Sequence record: SRR31156797_9223
Length of the DNA stretch: 64,000 bases
Strand: one strand, 5' to 3'
Below are positions 40,220 through 49,780 of the stretch, piece after piece (the first letter of the stretch is position 1; every line of letters starts with the position of its first letter). The position numbers and the translations under genes are program-made. The notes under the pieces were generated by a model that saw only the letters and a list, made by a program, of their open reading frames with translations, was not told the origin of the DNA and searched no databases.

Positions 40220-40275
40220 CATTTCAAAATTTCCATAATTTAATTAAAATACAGAAAAATATGCGGGGTATTAAT

Positions 40276-40833
40276 GTGGAACCTACAAGAGAAATAGCGT
40301 ACGGGCTGCTCACGGAATACACTAAAAGCGACTCACTAATCAAACATGCACTCAGCGTTGAGCAGGCTATGAAAGCTTATGCCGATAAATTCGGCGAAGA
40401 TGCGGAGCGCTGGGGTATAGCAGGACTTCTGCACGATTTCGATTATGAAAAGTACCCGACACTTGAAGATCATCCTTTCAGAGGGATGGAGATTTTAGCG
40501 GATAAAGAGTACCCGCAGGATATTATTGACGCAGTGGCCGGTCATGCTGAACACACAGGTGTTAAGCGTGAGACTATGATGGCGAAAACACTCTTCGCTG
40601 TGGATGAGCTCTGCGGTTTTTTACTCGCCTGTGCTTACGTTCGACCTGATAAATCTATTGCGAATGTTCAGGTGAAGAGCGTTAAAAAGAAGCTTAAAGA
40701 TAAAGCGTTTGCAAGGGCTGTTAACCGTGAGGACATAGCAAAAGGGATAGAAGAGATGGAAGTTGACAGAGATGAGCACATCCAGTTTGTCATAGATGCT
40801 CTGGCGGAAATTGGCGAACAGCTCGGCGTATGA
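40276..40833 (+). CDS. HD/HDIG-domain metal-dependent hydrolase
   Basis: KHALSVE, GLLHDFDYE, HP, GH and DELCG motifs. GTG 40276 is preferred; ATG 40261 is the alternative start. Confidence 0.88.
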   Translation: MEPTREIAYGLLTEYTKSDSLIKHALSVEQAMKAYADKFGEDAERWGIAGLLHDFDYEKYPTLEDHPFRGMEILADKEYPQDIIDAVAGHAEHTGVKRETMMAKTLFAVDELCGFLLACAYVRPDKSIANVQVKSVKKKLKDKAFARAVNREDIAKGIEEMEVDRDEHIQFVIDALAEIGEQLGV

Positions 40834-41603
40834 AAGAGAATATACTTTTACCACTTGAATTACCTGATGGTTTCAGCGTGGAGACAGTTTTCTACGCTAG
40901 CGGAACACTCTGCATATCGACTCAGGCTGGGTGTCGTATGGCGTGCCCTTTCTGTGCATCCGGCAGGGCAGGGTTAAAGCGTAACCTAACCATCGATGAG
41001 CTTCACGCTCAGGTCGCTCTGCACACTGATAACCGGGTTGAGCGCATTACACTCTCCGGAATAGGGGAGCCGCTTGATAACTTCGAAGTGGTCAGCCAGT
41101 TCATAAAAGAGTCGAAGCTACCCGTGTCTGTGACAACATCCGTTCCAGATACGGATATCCTTTTGAAACTATTAAATATTAAACATAACGGCGTGATGCT
41201 GTCCATGCACGCAGGAACAGAAACAACACACAAAAAGCTAGTGCCGAAATCTGTAAATATTGACGAGACATTTGATTCTCTGAAAGGTCTATGGACAGAA
41301 TTGTCAGTTAATAAGCGAAAGAAAGTCGGCTTTAACTATGTGCTTTTAGAAGGGGTAAACGACACGGAAGAGGAGCTCTGCACATTTGTAGACAGAGTAC
41401 TGGATCTCAAAGAATCGACCGTTCACTTGCTGGTTTGTAACGATGTCGAGGATAGTAAATTCGAAAGCCCTGACACATGTAAATTCACATGTATATACGA
41501 GAGGATGCATGAGCGTGGTGTGAATGTTCGCCGTGCAAATAGTTGGCGAAAGAGCGCAAATGGCGGCTGTGGAACACTTTACCTCCGGTCTTTACAAAAA
41601 TAA
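40830..41603 (+). CDS. Short RlmN/Cfr-like radical SAM methyltransferase
   Basis: CISTQAGCRMACPFC, GIGEP, S.H, YVLLEGVND and C-terminal GGCGTL motifs; only 257 aa. Confidence 0.8.
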   Translation: MKENILLPLELPDGFSVETVFYASGTLCISTQAGCRMACPFCASGRAGLKRNLTIDELHAQVALHTDNRVERITLSGIGEPLDNFEVVSQFIKESKLPVSVTTSVPDTDILLKLLNIKHNGVMLSMHAGTETTHKKLVPKSVNIDETFDSLKGLWTELSVNKRKKVGFNYVLLEGVNDTEEELCTFVDRVLDLKESTVHLLVCNDVEDSKFESPDTCKFTCIYERMHERGVNVRRANSWRKSANGGCGTLYLRSLQK

Positions 41604-41641
41604 ATGTTGACTTACTGAGGAAAATATAGGAACATCTTGGC

Positions 41642-41704
41642 ATGAACTTTAAGAAAAGAAATATTAACCTTACAAACTGGTGGTGGCGTTCAACTTCTAT
41701 ATAG
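41642..41704 (+). CDS. trpL: trp operon leader peptide MNFKKRNINLTNWWWRSTSI
   Basis: 20-codon ORF with three consecutive TGG codons, upstream of terminators and trpE. Absent from the ORF track. Confidence 0.92.
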   Translation: MNFKKRNINLTNWWWRSTSI

Positions 41705-41740
41705 TAGGATTTCGCCCATATTTCTAAAGATGCTTTTAAC

Positions 41741-41773
41741 GGCTGTGTGGTGAAAACCGCGCAGCCTTTTTTT
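41741..41773 (+). terminator. trp attenuator terminator 1
   Basis: GGCTGTGTGGT-GAAA-ACCGCGCAGCC followed by T7. Confidence 0.9.
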
Positions 41774-41784
41774 ATAACTAAACC

Positions 41785-41822
41785 AACCGGGGCTGTGTTG
41801 ATAACGCAGGCTCGGTTTTTTT
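41785..41822 (+). terminator. trp leader terminator 2
   Basis: AACCGGGGCTGTGTT-GAT-AACGCAGGCTCGGTT followed by a T-run. Confidence 0.85.
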
Positions 41823-41944
41823 ATGTGCCAGGAGCACCTCCGCATTAGAGAAGATGTTTTATGCTACCTGGTTTGGCGACTCACTTGTTGAAAAAATTTT
41901 AGGACTAAATTTTTGAGTAATATTAATAGATTTAAGGAGATATC

Positions 41945-43411
41945 ATGAACCTGACACAGCAGATTTATCCAGCAAAAGAGAGGTTTCTGGAACTGGCTGA
42001 GGAGTATGACAGGGTGACCATCTATCGGGAGATAGTCGGTGACACCTTTACACCTATCACGCTTCTGCGTAACTTTTCAAACGAGGAAAATATCTTCCTC
42101 CTCGAGAGTGCAAATCTTGATAAAACATTTTCACGTTTCTCGTTTTTCGGTAATAAGCCGAAGCGTGTGATAACATTTCAGGATGGACAGGTAACAGAGA
42201 AGAAGGGCGGTAAAAAGCAGACTTTTGCCATGAACCCTATGGACTATATGAGCCAGCAGTTCTATGCTGAAAAGGGTTATAATGATAGTAAATTTGGTGA
42301 CTTCTCCGGTGGTTTTGCAGGTTTCTTTTCATATGAAGCTGTAAACTATATGGACGTTCTCCGCACACCTCTTAAGGTAGATAAGAAGAGCAAGCTTGTG
42401 GGCTTTATGGAGGTTGACGAGTTCTACGCATTCGATAACCACTTCTCCAAGCTTTACGCCGCTGTCTCTGTACAGACTAAGGGTGGTGAGCAGGCTTACG
42501 ACTCCGCTGTGAAGCGCACAGAGAAGATGAACAGCGAAGTTCATAAGCTCAATTTTGATAACTACGACTCAGAGCTTGAAGCGGAAATTGTTATGGATAT
42601 GGAGCAGGAAGAGTTCATGGAGAAGGTCGAGGCTCTCAAAGAGGAGATAACCAACGGTGAGGCTATCCAGATTGTCCTCTCAAACGCTTATAGGCTGAAA
42701 GGGAAGATTAACCCGCTCAGCTTTTACAGAGCACTTAGAAACGTTAATCCATCCCCATACATGTTTTACCTGAAATTCGGCTCAGAGGTTCTGCTCGGTG
42801 CATCACCTGAAATTCACCTTAAAATCCGTGAGGGTAAGGCGACACTTAAACCAATCGCAGGAACATACCCGGTTAACGAAGATGTGGAAGCGGCTAAGGC
42901 AGCACTCCTCGCTGACCCGAAAGAGCGTGCTGAGCACCTTATGCTCCTCGACCTCGCCAGAAACGACCTCTATACATGTTGCGAGCCAGAGTCTGTGAAG
43001 GTTACTGAGCAGTTCGTACCGGAAGTTTACTCCCACGTGATACACATAGTGTCAGAGGTGGAGGGGCAACTTGAGAAAGGGTATAATCCGCTTAATCTTT
43101 TTATGCGTTCCTTTCCAGCAGGAACGGTTTCAGGTGCACCAAAGGTTCGTGCGATGGAGCTCATCAGCGAATATGAAAAATCTGAGCGAGGCTTTTACGC
43201 AGGTTGCGTAGGCTATTTTGGCTATAGCGGAAACATGGACACTTGTATCACAATCCGCTCAGCGTACGTCACAGAGGAAGAGACAGTGCTCAGAGCCGGC
43301 GCAGGTATAGTTTACGATTCTGTACCTGAGAACGAGTTCAAAGAGGTTGGCAACAAGCTCGGCGCACTCTTTGCTGCGTATCGCAACATCGGCATGACGG
43401 AGGGGAGATAA
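41945..43411 (+). CDS. trpE: Anthranilate synthase component I
   Basis: LLES, NPSPYM, GASPE, PIAGT, EHLMLLDLARNDL and FPAGTVSGAPK motifs. Confidence 0.96.
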   Translation: MNLTQQIYPAKERFLELAEEYDRVTIYREIVGDTFTPITLLRNFSNEENIFLLESANLDKTFSRFSFFGNKPKRVITFQDGQVTEKKGGKKQTFAMNPMDYMSQQFYAEKGYNDSKFGDFSGGFAGFFSYEAVNYMDVLRTPLKVDKKSKLVGFMEVDEFYAFDNHFSKLYAAVSVQTKGGEQAYDSAVKRTEKMNSEVHKLNFDNYDSELEAEIVMDMEQEEFMEKVEALKEEITNGEAIQIVLSNAYRLKGKINPLSFYRALRNVNPSPYMFYLKFGSEVLLGASPEIHLKIREGKATLKPIAGTYPVNEDVEAAKAALLADPKERAEHLMLLDLARNDLYTCCEPESVKVTEQFVPEVYSHVIHIVSEVEGQLEKGYNPLNLFMRSFPAGTVSGAPKVRAMELISEYEKSERGFYAGCVGYFGYSGNMDTCITIRSAYVTEEETVLRAGAGIVYDSVPENEFKEVGNKLGALFAAYRNIGMTEGR

Positions 43412-43971
43412 TGTTTTTAATGGTAGATAATTACGACTCATTTACATATAACCTTGTGGCGCTTTTCAGACTGAACGGTGCAAAGGTGGACGTGATAAGA
43501 AATACAGAATACAGAGACGCAAACGAGTATAAAGGTATCATCCTTTCGCCGGGGCCTTCTAACCCGACAAATTCTGGTTCGACACTTGAGTATCTTGAAA
43601 AATACGCAGGTCGTACACCTATATTCGGTGTTTGCCTCGGTATGCAGTGTATAGGGCACCACCTGGGGCATAACGTGATCAAGGCGAAGTCGGTTATGCA
43701 CGGAAAGGTTGACACTATTAACATAAGTAAAGATTCTAAGATATTAAACGGAATTTCCGGCGGTTTCGGTTCAGTGCGTTATCACTCACTCGCTGTCGAT
43801 GCACCGGACGAGCTTGTCATAGCAAGAGCTGAGATGGATAACGAAGTTATGGCTATTGAGGATGATTCAAAGCTCCTCTACGGGGTGCAATTCCACCCTG
43901 AGTCGATACTCAGCCAGTCTGGAGGTGTGATGGTTAAGAACTTTATGGATATATGTGGGGTAGAGGGATGA
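43411..43971 (+). CDS. trpG: Anthranilate synthase component II (glutamine amidotransferase)
   Basis: DNYDSFTYNL, SPGP, GVCLG, RYHSL and QFHPES motifs. Confidence 0.96.
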   Translation: MFLMVDNYDSFTYNLVALFRLNGAKVDVIRNTEYRDANEYKGIILSPGPSNPTNSGSTLEYLEKYAGRTPIFGVCLGMQCIGHHLGHNVIKAKSVMHGKVDTINISKDSKILNGISGGFGSVRYHSLAVDAPDELVIARAEMDNEVMAIEDDSKLLYGVQFHPESILSQSGGVMVKNFMDICGVEG

Positions 43972-44948
43972 GCAAAGAACTTATCAGAAAGACCGGGCTT
44001 GGCGAAAAGCTCAGCATAGACGAGACTTATGAACTGTTCACATCTATTATGAAAGGTGAGATGTCTGAGGCGGAGATAGCCGCTGTGCTCATCGCTATGC
44101 GTATGCGTGGCGAGACATCAGACGAGATAGCAGGTGCGGCGAAAGCTATGAACGGCGCAAAGGTTAAGTTTGACGCTGGCGTAAAGGCTTACGACACATG
44201 CGGAACAGGCGGAAGCGGTAAATCCACAATGAACATATCATCCGCTGTGGCGGTACTCCTCTCTGCGCTCGGCTTGCCGGTGGTTAAGCATGGTAATAGG
44301 GCGATGAGCGGAACTGTGGGCTCTGCTGACCTTTACGAGATGGCTGGTGTTCCTATCGACGCTGATAAGGACGCTATGCTCGATTATTTTAAGAAGAACA
44401 ATTTCGCATTTCTATTTGCGATGCTATACCACCCAGCAATGAAGTATGCTGGTCCTGTCCGTAAGCAGATTATGGTTCCGACTATTTTCAACTTTTTAGG
44501 ACCACTTGCTAACCCGTGCGAACTAGCAGGTCAGATCATCGGTCTGGCTAAGAAGGATAAGCTGGCAGATATAGCAGAAGCACTGCATAAACTAGGCAGA
44601 GAGAATGTGGCTATATACAACTCTGTTGATGGATATGATGAGGTTTCATCATTTGCTGATACTGAGGTTCATGTCATCCGTAAAGATGGTATAGAGAAGA
44701 TGACGATCAAGCCGGAAGGTTTCTTTCAGCCTTTTGATATGCCTGTTGTTAAAACTAAAGACGAAGGGCTGGAGATGTTTATAAGCAGTATTAGCCCTAA
44801 TGGTGGCAACCTGAATAAGCTGATCGCTATCAACGCCGGACTTGCTCTTTTTGTATTCGAGAAGGCGGACAGTGTTAAAGCTGGCTATGACATGGCACTT
44901 GAGGCTATTGAGGCCGGAAAAGTAATAGAAAAATACAGGAGCTTATAG
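43968..44948 (+). CDS. trpD: Anthranilate phosphoribosyltransferase
   Basis: DTCGTGG, NISS, KHGNR, GSAD and FNFLGPLANP motifs. ATG 43968 overlaps the trpG stop. Confidence 0.96.
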   Translation: MSKELIRKTGLGEKLSIDETYELFTSIMKGEMSEAEIAAVLIAMRMRGETSDEIAGAAKAMNGAKVKFDAGVKAYDTCGTGGSGKSTMNISSAVAVLLSALGLPVVKHGNRAMSGTVGSADLYEMAGVPIDADKDAMLDYFKKNNFAFLFAMLYHPAMKYAGPVRKQIMVPTIFNFLGPLANPCELAGQIIGLAKKDKLADIAEALHKLGRENVAIYNSVDGYDEVSSFADTEVHVIRKDGIEKMTIKPEGFFQPFDMPVVKTKDEGLEMFISSISPNGGNLNKLIAINAGLALFVFEKADSVKAGYDMALEAIEAGKVIEKYRSL

Positions 44949-45712
44949 TGGGCGGTTCTGACGTTTTAGGGCGTATTTTAGCCAATAAATCCAAAGAGAT
45001 AGAGGGACTTCGTCCCCCTTTAAAAGAAAGGACGAAAGATGTTTTAGACTTCAGGCAGGCGATAATAGACAGGCATTTCATCTGTGAGGTAAAGAAGGCT
45101 TCACCTACCTTAGGCGCTATTAACACTGGTGCTGATGTGGAAGAGGTGGCAGAACTTTACGAGTCTCTCGGTGCTGCATGTGTGAGCGTGCTTACGGATA
45201 AAGATTTTTTCGGCGGAAGCTTTAAAGATCTCCGTCTGGTAGCTAAAAAGGTTAATATCCCTGTTCTCTGCAAAGACTTTATCATCAGCGAAAAGCAGAT
45301 AGACATGGCTTATGTTATGGGTGCGGATGCTATCCTTCTTATGGCTACTTCACTCAGTAAAGGGGATTATGAGCGTTTGTACTCCTATGCGAAGAGTAAA
45401 GGCTTACAGGCACTTGTTGAGATACATGAGGTTGAGGAGCTTGAGGTTGTGAAGGACATGAAACCGGATGTTCTTGGCATTAATTCACGCAACCTTAAAA
45501 CTCTTAAGATCAACCTTGAGAAAGGTGCGGAGATCATTAAATCTCTGCCGGAGTATGATGTGAAAATTGCTGAGAGCGGGATGAAGGCTGAGGCGGATAT
45601 AAAGCTTATGTCTGAGGCTGGTGCAGTCGGTTTCCTTGTTGGTTCGAGCCTGATGGGTGCTGATGATCCGGCGGAAGTTTTCGCATCACTTAAGGCGGGG
45701 CTATGTTCGTAA
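44948..45712 (+). CDS. trpC: Indole-3-glycerol phosphate synthase
   Basis: EVKKASP, SVLTD, LCKDFII, GINSRNL and AESG motifs. Confidence 0.95.
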   Translation: MGGSDVLGRILANKSKEIEGLRPPLKERTKDVLDFRQAIIDRHFICEVKKASPTLGAINTGADVEEVAELYESLGAACVSVLTDKDFFGGSFKDLRLVAKKVNIPVLCKDFIISEKQIDMAYVMGADAILLMATSLSKGDYERLYSYAKSKGLQALVEIHEVEELEVVKDMKPDVLGINSRNLKTLKINLEKGAEIIKSLPEYDVKIAESGMKAEADIKLMSEAGAVGFLVGSSLMGADDPAEVFASLKAGLCS

Positions 45713-46227
45713 AAATCTGCGGCATAAAAACACCTGAGATGGCTGATGCTGTTTGCAAACTAGGTGCAGATGCTATAGGCGTCGTTGCATATAAAAAGAG
45801 CAAGAGGTACGTCACGCCGTCAGAGGCGAAAGAGATAAAGAAAACTATCGCAGGCAGGTGTTTGTTTGTTGTTGTAGGTATCAGAATGAGTGAGTGTCAG
45901 GGGTATGACGCTGATATTATTCAGGCTGAAGACTGCAAATTCTCAGAAATGCACATACTAAGCGGAAGTGACAGACCTGCTGGTAAGTTTAAATATTTCG
46001 TTTATGATGACAGTCGTGGTAAAGGTCGCAGAACAGACTACCCTGAATGGGTGGATGAGTATAGGGACAAGCTCATACTCGCTGGCGGTTTAAACCCTGA
46101 GAATGTCGCTGAGGTGATAGGAATATATAAACCTTTCGGTGTGGATGTCTCCAGCGGAGTTGAGACTGACGGCGAGAAGGATTTAGATAAAATAAAGAAA
46201 TTTATAAATAAAGCAAAGTCATCCTGA
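45703..46227 (+). CDS. trpF: Phosphoribosylanthranilate isomerase (compact)
   Basis: VKICGI, LAGGLNPENV and GVDVSSGVE motifs. Confidence 0.93.
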   Translation: MFVKICGIKTPEMADAVCKLGADAIGVVAYKKSKRYVTPSEAKEIKKTIAGRCLFVVVGIRMSECQGYDADIIQAEDCKFSEMHILSGSDRPAGKFKYFVYDDSRGKGRRTDYPEWVDEYRDKLILAGGLNPENVAEVIGIYKPFGVDVSSGVETDGEKDLDKIKKFINKAKSS

Positions 46228-46279
46228 GCGTAAGCGAAGGATCTGGTAGTTTCAGATTCTTCATTTTATTCAGAATGAC
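46218..46279. repeat. Short palindromic REP-like element (GTCATCCTGAG...TCAGAATGAC)
   Basis: Outer inverted repeat GTCATCCTGA/TCAGAATGAC and inner GAAGGATCTG/CAGATTCTTC, each 9/10. Same architecture as the 7016 element. Confidence 0.8.
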
Positions 46280-46301
46280 GTGTAGCTTATGAGGAATACA
46301 A

Positions 46302-47465
46302 ATGAATGATAAAATGTTCTATGGACGATACGGTGGTCAGTTTGCACCGGAGACTTTGATTCCGGCTTGTGACGACCTTGAGATGAAATTTGAAGAGCTT
46401 AAAGATGATGAGAAATTCAACAAAGAGCTGGATGAGCTTTTCACTGCTTACGCCGGACGACCAACGCCTGTTTATAAGGCGAAAAACCTATCAGCTAAAT
46501 TAGGCTGCGAGGTTTATCTCAAGCGTGAGGACTTAATGCATACTGGTGCTCATAAGCTTAACAATACTCTCGGTCAGGCACTGCTTACTAAGTATATGGG
46601 TAAGAAGCGTGTGATAGCTGAGACGGGCGCAGGTCAGCACGGTGTGGCAACAGCGACTGTTGCGGCACTTTTCGACCTTGAGTGTACAGTATACATGGGT
46701 GCTTTGGACGTTGAGCGTCAGGCTCCGAATGTTAAGCGTATGGAGCTTCTAGGCGCTGAGGTTGTTCCGGTAACTGAGGGTCAGGGTACGCTGAAAGAAG
46801 CGACTAACGCAGCTCTCCGTGAGTGGGTCTCATCCGTTGAATCAACGCACTATATAATTGGGTCGATCGTCGGACCTTATCCTTTCCCTAAGATTGTGGC
46901 TCATTTCCAGCAGGTGATAGGTGAAGAAGCGAGTGCGCAGTGTAAGGAACTAGGCTTTGAGCCTGACTGTGTTGTCGCATGTGTCGGCGGCGGAAGTAAT
47001 GCTATAGGTATTTTCAGCGGATTTATAGATAGGCAGGTGGAGATGTTCGGTGTTGAGGCTGGCGGAACATCTGACGAGGAAGGTAAGCACGCCAGAACCC
47101 TTGGCATGGGCAGACCCGGCGTACTGCACGGTGCATACACATACCTCATTCAGACGCCTGAGCATCAGGTGAGCGATGTGCACTCCATTTCAGCCGGGCT
47201 GGATTACCCAGGGATAGGGCCTGTGCACTCTATGCTTAACGATGTTGGCAGGGTTAAATACGGCTATGTTCGGGATAATCAGGCGCTTAATGCATTTAAA
47301 GAGCTCTCCAGATGTGAGGGTATAATTCCAGCCCTTGAGTCAAGTCATGCATTAGCATATGTGATTGAAAACAAAGATAAATTTAAAGGTAAGAAGGTTC
47401 TTGTGAATCTTTCAGGAAGAGGGGATAAGGACATGGCTTCCATCCTCGACAGGGGGCTGATATGA
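46302..47465 (+). CDS. trpB: Tryptophan synthase beta chain
   Basis: [32 protein letters not shown] and NLSGRGDKD motifs. Confidence 0.98.
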   Translation: MNDKMFYGRYGGQFAPETLIPACDDLEMKFEELKDDEKFNKELDELFTAYAGRPTPVYKAKNLSAKLGCEVYLKREDLMHTGAHKLNNTLGQALLTKYMGKKRVIAETGAGQHGVATATVAALFDLECTVYMGALDVERQAPNVKRMELLGAEVVPVTEGQGTLKEATNAALREWVSSVESTHYIIGSIVGPYPFPKIVAHFQQVIGEEASAQCKELGFEPDCVVACVGGGSNAIGIFSGFIDRQVEMFGVEAGGTSDEEGKHARTLGMGRPGVLHGAYTYLIQTPEHQVSDVHSISAGLDYPGIGPVHSMLNDVGRVKYGYVRDNQALNAFKELSRCEGIIPALESSHALAYVIENKDKFKGKKVLVNLSGRGDKDMASILDRGLI

Positions 47466-48166
47466 AAGGTTTTTACATAGTTGGCGGATATCCTGACAGG
47501 GATAAATTCAGAGAGTGTCTCTTCTCCGTTGCTGAGAAGGGGTTCGAGTTCATAGAGGTAGGCATACCTTTTAGTGAGCCTGTGGCGGATGGCCCTGTTA
47601 TCTCAGAGGCTATACACGAGGCTGTTGCGAAGGGTGTTGATGTAGATGAGACTATGTCTGACGTACGTGAGATGAAGGAGAAATACCCTGACATCAAAGC
47701 GATTGTCATGACATATACAAACATATTCACAAGCTATGGAGAAAAAGCTTTCAGTGAGGATTACGGCGATATACTTGATGGCGTTATCATTCCTGACGCA
47801 CCTCTTCGTATGCAGAGCTGGCTGAAAGATCGCGGTTTAACTATCCCTATTGTGCCTTTTGTTACTCCTGTTTCAAGGGTTGGCGACATTGAGGCTCTTA
47901 GGGGTACTGACGCTCCTTTTATATACTATGTTAGCATAATGGGCATTACAGGCTCAGATAAAAAGAGCGGTAGCGCAGACAATGGTATCACTGCTGGTGA
48001 GCTTACAGGAAAGCCTGTTGTGACTGGTTTTGGTATTCGCACACCGGAAGATGCAAAAAATGCTCTTGAAAGTACCGGTGGATTTGTTATAGGTACTGAA
48101 GCAGTAAAACGTCAGGGCGATGTTGCTGAATTTAAGAACTATATAAGTGAGTTTGAAGGGCTGTAA
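47462..48166 (+). CDS. trpA: Tryptophan synthase alpha chain
   Basis: [26 protein letters not shown] and GFGI motifs. Confidence 0.95.
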   Translation: MKGFYIVGGYPDRDKFRECLFSVAEKGFEFIEVGIPFSEPVADGPVISEAIHEAVAKGVDVDETMSDVREMKEKYPDIKAIVMTYTNIFTSYGEKAFSEDYGDILDGVIIPDAPLRMQSWLKDRGLTIPIVPFVTPVSRVGDIEALRGTDAPFIYYVSIMGITGSDKKSGSADNGITAGELTGKPVVTGFGIRTPEDAKNALESTGGFVIGTEAVKRQGDVAEFKNYISEFEGL

Positions 48167-48168
48167 AA

Positions 48169-49329
48169 ATGAGTTCAATACTATGGTATGGCGGGCATGA
48201 GAGGTTAATTGAGGCTGTCAGAGCTGACGGTCTATACATTTACGATAAAGACGGCAAGGCGTATATGGATTTAGAATCCGGTGTATGGTGCCTGCCGCTC
48301 GGACACGGTGCAGAGGTTGTTAAGACTGCGCTCACTGACCAGATGGATAAATGCTTTCATACCGGCTACGCCTATAGTTGTGATGTTGTTGAAGAGGCAG
48401 CGGATAAACTTCTCGGAACTGTCTCTTACGAAGGGGGGAAGTGTGTCTTTCTCTCTTCCGGTTCGGAGGCTGTGGAGACTGGTGCTCAGCTAATGAAGAA
48501 GATATCCGGCAGGAAATATCTTATGACAATGTCTGATTCGTTTTTAGGCTCGCACGGATCGGTATGTGAGATGAACCCATCCGAGTGGTATCTTTTCGAC
48601 TGGGTCAAGTGTATAGGGTGTAATGAGGATTGTGACGACTGTACTGAATTTAGAAAGATACCTTTTAAGGATATCGGCGGTTTCATATTTGAGCCTGGAA
48701 GTTCAGCTGGACTGGTCAGGTTTCCGCCTGAAAAGCTTATCTCTGTTATTGCTCTATGGCTTAAGATGCACGGCGGGCTCTTAATGGCTAATGAAGTGAC
48801 CACAGGCATAGGTCGTACGGGGAAGCTATACGGATACGAACACTATAACGTAAAGCCTGATATTGTAGCCGTAGGGAAGGGGATAGGTAACGGATATCCT
48901 GTTAGTGCTGTGCTGATGACTGCTGATGTAGCGAAGCAGGCTGATGAAAAATCTTTCAAAATATCTCAGTCACACCAGAATGACCCTTCAGGGGCGGCTG
49001 TGAGTAGTGCCGTTCTCGATGAACTGAAAAGCAGAGGCTCGGTGGAGAACTCTGAGAAGATGGGTGAATACCTTGTAGAAAAGCTTAATGAGCTAAAGAG
49101 TAAGCATAAATGTATATCAGAAATCAGGGGCAGAGGGCTTATGGTTTCAGTCACCTTTGACGGTGTTGAAGATGAATATTTAAAAGATGTTTTTCTCAGG
49201 TTGGTTAACGCTGGCTACCTGCTTGTAAAAAGACCCGGTTTGAAAGTTTTCAGAATTGATCCGCCGTTAATAATTAGCAGAGATGATATTAACGGTTTTG
49301 TAAACGCCTTAGATATAATATTGACCTAG
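48169..49329 (+). CDS. Class III PLP-dependent aminotransferase, substrate unknown
   Basis: DGKAYMD, LGH, SGSEAVE, FEP, NEVTTGIGRTG, PDIVAVGKGIGNG and IRGRGLM motifs. Confidence 0.88.
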   Translation: MSSILWYGGHERLIEAVRADGLYIYDKDGKAYMDLESGVWCLPLGHGAEVVKTALTDQMDKCFHTGYAYSCDVVEEAADKLLGTVSYEGGKCVFLSSGSEAVETGAQLMKKISGRKYLMTMSDSFLGSHGSVCEMNPSEWYLFDWVKCIGCNEDCDDCTEFRKIPFKDIGGFIFEPGSSAGLVRFPPEKLISVIALWLKMHGGLLMANEVTTGIGRTGKLYGYEHYNVKPDIVAVGKGIGNGYPVSAVLMTADVAKQADEKSFKISQSHQNDPSGAAVSSAVLDELKSRGSVENSEKMGEYLVEKLNELKSKHKCISEIRGRGLMVSVTFDGVEDEYLKDVFLRLVNAGYLLVKRPGLKVFRIDPPLIISRDDINGFVNALDIILT

Positions 49330-49745
49330 TGCTTCACTATACACTTGCTGCATGTGCCGATAGTCGTTATTTTAACCTGCTCAATGTTCCTTGCATTCAG
49401 CTCAGAGATGCTCTGGGCTACCTGAATTGTATCGTAAGGGATATCTTCCACGTTTCCGCATTCGGAGCAGATGTGATGAATGTGCGGAGCGATATTAATC
49501 TCGTAGAGGGTTTTCTTTCCGGTGATGTTAACCTCTGAGACTATATCCTTCTCAACTAGTGAGTGCATGTTTTTATAAATTGTAGCAAGAGATAGGGACG
49601 GGATGACTTTTTTCAGCCTTTCGTAAAGATGATCGATGTCTATATGACCAGCATTTGCGATCTCTTTACATATCATAAGCCGCTGTGCAGTAGCACGCAG
49701 ACCCTTTTCCCTAAGTTTACCTTCTATGTTATCTAAATCTATCAT
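49326..49745 (-). CDS. Fur-family regulator, PerR-like
   Basis: GLRATAQR, SLATIYK, HIHHICSECG and GTCSKC motifs. Confidence 0.9.
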   Translation of the reverse strand: MIDLDNIEGKLREKGLRATAQRLMICKEIANAGHIDIDHLYERLKKVIPSLSLATIYKNMHSLVEKDIVSEVNITGKKTLYEINIAPHIHHICSECGNVEDIPYDTIQVAQSISELNARNIEQVKITTIGTCSKCIVKH

Positions 49746-49751
49746 GTTTAT

Positions 49752-49780
49752 AGTGTATTATTTAAGACTAAATTTGTCAA
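49752..49780 (-). promoter_or_regulatory. Sigma70 promoter of the Fur/PerR gene, probably leaderless
   Basis: Minus strand TTGACA-17 nt-TACACT-6 nt-ATG; no SD. Confidence 0.75.

Noticed and set aside
41828-41871. Third hairpin in the trp leader (CCAGGAGCA...TGCTACCTGG) with CACCTCC that might pair with the trpE SD
   Set aside because: No U-tract, a large loop and only a short SD complement ~90 nt away; too weak without folding data.
41604-41944. T-box or TRAP-protein control of trp
   Set aside because: No T-box consensus (AAGGTGGTACC-like) and no (G/U)AG repeat series. The WWW leader peptide explains the region.
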